In this document: piece by piece, positions 57,420 through 64,000 of the stretch | Layout of the letters: each line of letters starts with the position of its first letter | How positions within the stretch are numbered: the first letter of the stretch is position 1 | Assembly: GCA_002269645.1 (NCBI GenBank) | Contig: NIVC01002497.1 | Location: 62,001 to 126,000, forward strand | DNA length: 64,000 nt | Direction of reading: 5' to 3' | Origin: Macrostomum lignano | Taxonomy: Eukaryota | Program-made: the position numbers and the translations under genes | Notes under the pieces: model-generated | Database searches by the model: none | The model's input: the letters and a program-made list of their open reading frames with translations, nothing else | Told to the model about the DNA's origin: nothing

Positions 57420-57640
57420 ACCTGGGGAACCGGGATCTGAACGCTGGGAGAGGAGGCTGCACGGCTGGCTACATCAGATTTTCTCCCCCCTCTAGCCAAA
57501 TAGTAAAGTAAGGTAGCGATTGGTTGCGAGCCTGGGCAAAAAAGGGGAAGAAAAAGAGAGAGAAAGAGGGGTCAGGAAAAACCTCTGTGAGCTTGCGTCG
57601 GGATAAGAGAGGCTTTGGTGTCTCTCTCTCCTCGTAAGTG

Positions 57641-57703
<63 letters not shown>

Positions 57704-58928
57704 GAGAGAGGAGGGCGCCTCCAATCTCAGGCACGGACGCGGTACATGTAAAAAGGACAAACAAGTCAAGATGATAGCGACAAGTGGTGTTGTAAAAGTT
57801 ATTAAATAGGCGGGTTAGAGGGGAGAGAGAGTAGGCAGGTAGATAGAGAGCGTACGGTATGTACACTTGGTGTGAGTCGACAAAACACTATTAGAGTTGA
57901 AAATGAAAAATAAAAAACAGTGCACAAATAAAGTGAACCGCACGTGGGCTGCAGCGATCCTACACACGAAATAAATAATGGAATAGTGCGACTGCACCGG
58001 TGTCTAAAAAGGGGAAAGAGTGACTCTAAGCACTTTACAAAATTGACCTCAATAAATAAATAAGCAGTAAATCAATAAATAAATAAATAAGGTGAAAGGC
58101 CCTCAAAAACTTAAAAAAGAGCAATTGTACGATAAGCAAAAGAGTAAAAGTAAAAAGTGTAATAAAAAGTACAGGGTGTCAAGAAACAATAGAAATGTTG
58201 ATGCAGAATAAATGCTGAGAATATACAAAAGCTGTGCTTGGGCTAGCGATGAGAATAAAAAAATTTCTAAGAAAGGAGCAATAAAGGCTTGGTAGGTATC
58301 GGCACGGTCTGACAAAGGTAAGTAGTAGGGAAAGTGAAGTAAAAAATCAAAAGGAAAAAATAAAAAAATTCAATCAGTGGTGGACTCCAGTCGACTGGGA
58401 CAGAGCAGCTGCCGGAGGTTCCGCCCTTTGGTGTAGGCGGGCAGCACCGGCGCCTCGCAGCACCGGGCCACGCGGTCCTTCACCGCGGCCACCAGGGCGT
58501 CCGACCTCGCACAATGGGGCAGGATCAGCGGGATGGCCGGGTTGTGCAGCGTGCCGGCAAGCTCGTTGACGCCGTGCGGGGTTTGAGTCTTTAACACCTC
58601 GATGAGCTTGGCCTCGTGGCGCTGCCGCCGCTCGTTCGCTCTGGGTCCCGTGCCGTCACGAGACCAGATGCCGGTGAAGGCGAAGTCCGCCAGACTGTGG
58701 CCATCACCTGGGGAACCGGGATCTGAACACTGGGAGAGGAGGCTGCACGGCTGGCTACATCAGATTTTCTCCCCCCTCTAGCCAAATAGTAAAGTAAGGT
58801 AGCGATTGGTTGCGAGCCTGGGCAAAAAAGGGGAAGAAAAAGAGAGAGAAAGAGGGGTCAGGAAAAACCTCTGTGAGCTTGCGTCGGGATGGGAGAGGCT
58901 TTGGTGTCTCTCTCTCCTCGTAAGTGCA

Positions 58929-59001
<73 letters not shown>

Positions 59002-59014
59002 GGAGAGAGAGGGA

Positions 59015-59059
<45 letters not shown>

Positions 59060-59150
59060 TGAGAGAGAGAGAGAGAGGGAGAGAGAGAGAGAGAGAGTGA
59101 GAGAGAGAGAGAGAGAGGGAGAGAGCGAGAGAGAGAGAGAAGAAGAGAGC
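57420..59150 (-). mobile_element. Penelope-like element remnant: GIY-YIG C-terminus flanked by 225-bp direct repeats, each adjoining (GA)n
   Basis: Direct repeats 57420-57644 and 58706-58930 (3 mismatches by eye). Minus ORF 58705-58370 GHSLADFAFTGIW...RHEAKLIEVLKTQTPHGVN matches the HS..D...E..I..L.T..P.GLN end of PLE endonucleases. (GA)n at 57643-57710 and 58930-59150. Confidence 0.75.
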
Positions 59151-59972
59151 AGTGTGGGATGAAGCTGAAAGAGCCAAGGGGATTTTGGATTCTGCTTTCG
59201 GCTTTTCTTGTCTTAGCCCGCCGTGCTCAGCCGAAACTGAAACTGGCGAGAGCTGTAGAGAGGAGAGAACTTTTGAGACTCTCCCACAAATCCATTGGCT
59301 CTGCTGGCAGCCCGGCGTTAGGAGAAGGATTAGTATAGGATGGGATGGGAGAGAGTCCCCTCTGTGAGCGTGGTCGCTGGGATCTGGGCTATGTGGGGAC
59401 CCGGCAATTCAAAATGGGGATCGCATTTCAGCCCGAACAGAGCAGCTCAGCTCGACATGCACGGCTTCGGGTCAGGCGGTTCGATGATTTCAGTAATTGA
59501 TTTTTGCTAGCTGGGTTCGCCCGCCCTGTCTACACAGACTGAGCAGTTTGCCAATGCACTTTTAAATTAGTTCGCTTAGAACCACAAAAAAGGCGAGAGC
59601 GGTTGAGCCATTCTATCCCTTAAGTTCTTAAGTTAAGCTTCATGGAGAGTGGGAGTGGTCGATGTCAAGCGTCTGTTTACATAGTAGAACATTCTGGAAT
59701 GTCCACGAGGTGTCTGCGTGGTTCCATGACTTTGCAAATTTCTTAGAAAGTGACATTTGAAAAAAATACACTACTCAATTTATTGAAAGTTTTCCCGTGT
59801 TGCTTCTCTCTCTCGCTCTCTCTGTTAGAACATGCCCCAGCAACAAAGGCTGCCCATAGACACAGAAGCTCCCATCCGCTAACACGGATGCAAACGCGTT
59901 AGTGCATCGTTGCAGACGAAGCGCTGGTTGAGTCGCATTACCGCTGGTTATTTCGTGACCGACCAATCGAGG

Positions 59973-62817
<2,845 letters not shown>

Positions 62818-63053
62818 GTGAACAGGGGAATTTTTTCTCACATTGGATGAAACAAGAATTTGTTGCGACTAAGGCGGCGGCGCTGGGCGACATTATTTTG
62901 TTTGTTGGCATGCAAGCATTTTATTGAGAAAAAATTTCTAAATATAGAAGATTTTCGATTTGCTTTTTCTATCAAAATTGAATGAAGATTGGTAGGTGTG
63001 CCGAACAGTAATGGATCCTGCTCCAGATGCGTGGGCATCGATCAAGCTGCTAC

Positions 63054-63772
63054 AAAGTGGTTGCAGTCACAACTGAGCCAAAGTGGTTACAGTCACAACT
63101 GAGTCAAAGTGGTTGCAGTCACAACTGAGCCAAAGTGGTCACAACTGAGTCAAAGTGGTTGCAGTCACAACTGAGTCAAAGTGGTTACAGTCACAACTGA
63201 GCCAAAGTGGTTGCAGTCACAACTGAGTCAAAGTGGTTGCAGTCACAACTGAGTCAAAGTGGTTACAGTCACAACTGAGCCAAAGTGGTTGCAGTCACAA
63301 CTGAGCCAAAGTGGTTACAGTCACAACTGAGCCAAAGTGGTTGCAGTCACAATTGAGCCAAAGTGGTCACAACTGAGTCAAAGTGGTTGCAGTCACAATT
63401 GAGCCAAAGTGGTCACAACTGAGTCAAAGTGGTTGCAGTCACAACTGAGTCAAAGTGGTTGCAGTCACAACTGAGCCAAAGTGGTTGCAGTCACAATTGA
63501 GCCAAAGTGGTCACAACTGAGCCAAAGTGGTTGCAGTCACAATTGAGTCAAAGTGGTTGCAGTCACAATTGAGCCAAAGTGGTCACAACTGAGTCAAAGT
63601 GGTTGCAGTCACAATTGAGTCAAAGTGGTTGCAGTCACAACTGAGTCAAAGTGGTTGCAGTCACAACTGAGCCAAAGTGGTTGCAGTCACAATTGAGCCA
63701 AAGTGGTCACAACTGAGCCAAAGTGGTTGCAGTCACAATTGAGTCAAAGTGGTTGCAGTCACAATTGAGCCT
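63054..63772. repeat. Minisatellite, 26-bp unit GAGCCAAAGTGGTTGCAGTCACAACT, with 18-bp deletion variants
   Basis: Tandem array. Confidence 0.96.
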
Positions 63773-64000
63773 GCAATGAGGCCCCATGTCCTTCTCCTCA
63801 TCTCTGTGGAGTCCAGCAGGTGCTCAATCGTCTCATCCTTCTCTCCCCACATCTGGCACCTTCCCTCATTCTGCAGACCGATTCTCCTTCTATACGCAGC
63901 CAGCTCCAGCGAGTGCCCCGTTCTGTCCCTCCTGAAGCTGACCTCTTCCGCCCGGCTATCGAACCCCAGATCCCGGCTTCCATGCTTTGTGTTCCCATAC
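63773..64000 (-). mobile_element. Non-LTR retrotransposon C-terminal fragment (I/Ingi-like), runs off the window edge
   Basis: The minus frame (not in the ORF track) reads RRDRTGHSLELAAYRRRIGLQNEGRCQMWGEKDETIEHLL, i.e. the RTGH...C..C...ETIEH motif with a degenerate zinc knuckle. Confidence 0.65.

Noticed and set aside
57300-59300. Hammerhead ribozyme in or near the Penelope-like repeats (CTGATGAG at ~57344; CTGATGTA on minus)
   Set aside because: No stem II followed by GAAA in the right geometry on either strand.

Overview
Eukaryotic (animal) genomic DNA: intron-containing genes, GC-rich low-complexity exons, and nearly every intron filled by its own mini- or microsatellite. This style fits a flatworm such as Macrostomum (inference only). 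I assembled seven spliced gene models by hand from GT-AG boundaries with consistent phases: a Q/A-rich, possibly LARP4-like gene (+, 5549-12082); MTHFR (+, 17198-22238); an 8-exon minus-strand gene (35350-26337) that appears to fuse a peripherin/ROM1-like tetraspanin to a DCST/Sneaky/SPE-42-type DC-STAMP + C4C4 RING protein; and four lineage-specific genes. Mobile elements: a Ty3/Gypsy (Mag-like) LTR element lacking its protease, a Loa/Lian-type LINE with RNase H, RTE and I-group LINE fragments, a tRNA-derived SINE, a Penelope-like GIY-YIG remnant, and hAT- and Harbinger-type MITEs. The first ~4 kb is strongly CpG-depleted. Best candidate for a new system: the tetraspanin-DC-STAMP fusion, which would join two membrane-fusion/fertilisation protein families in one polypeptide. 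No rRNA, tRNA gene or CRISPR array was seen.
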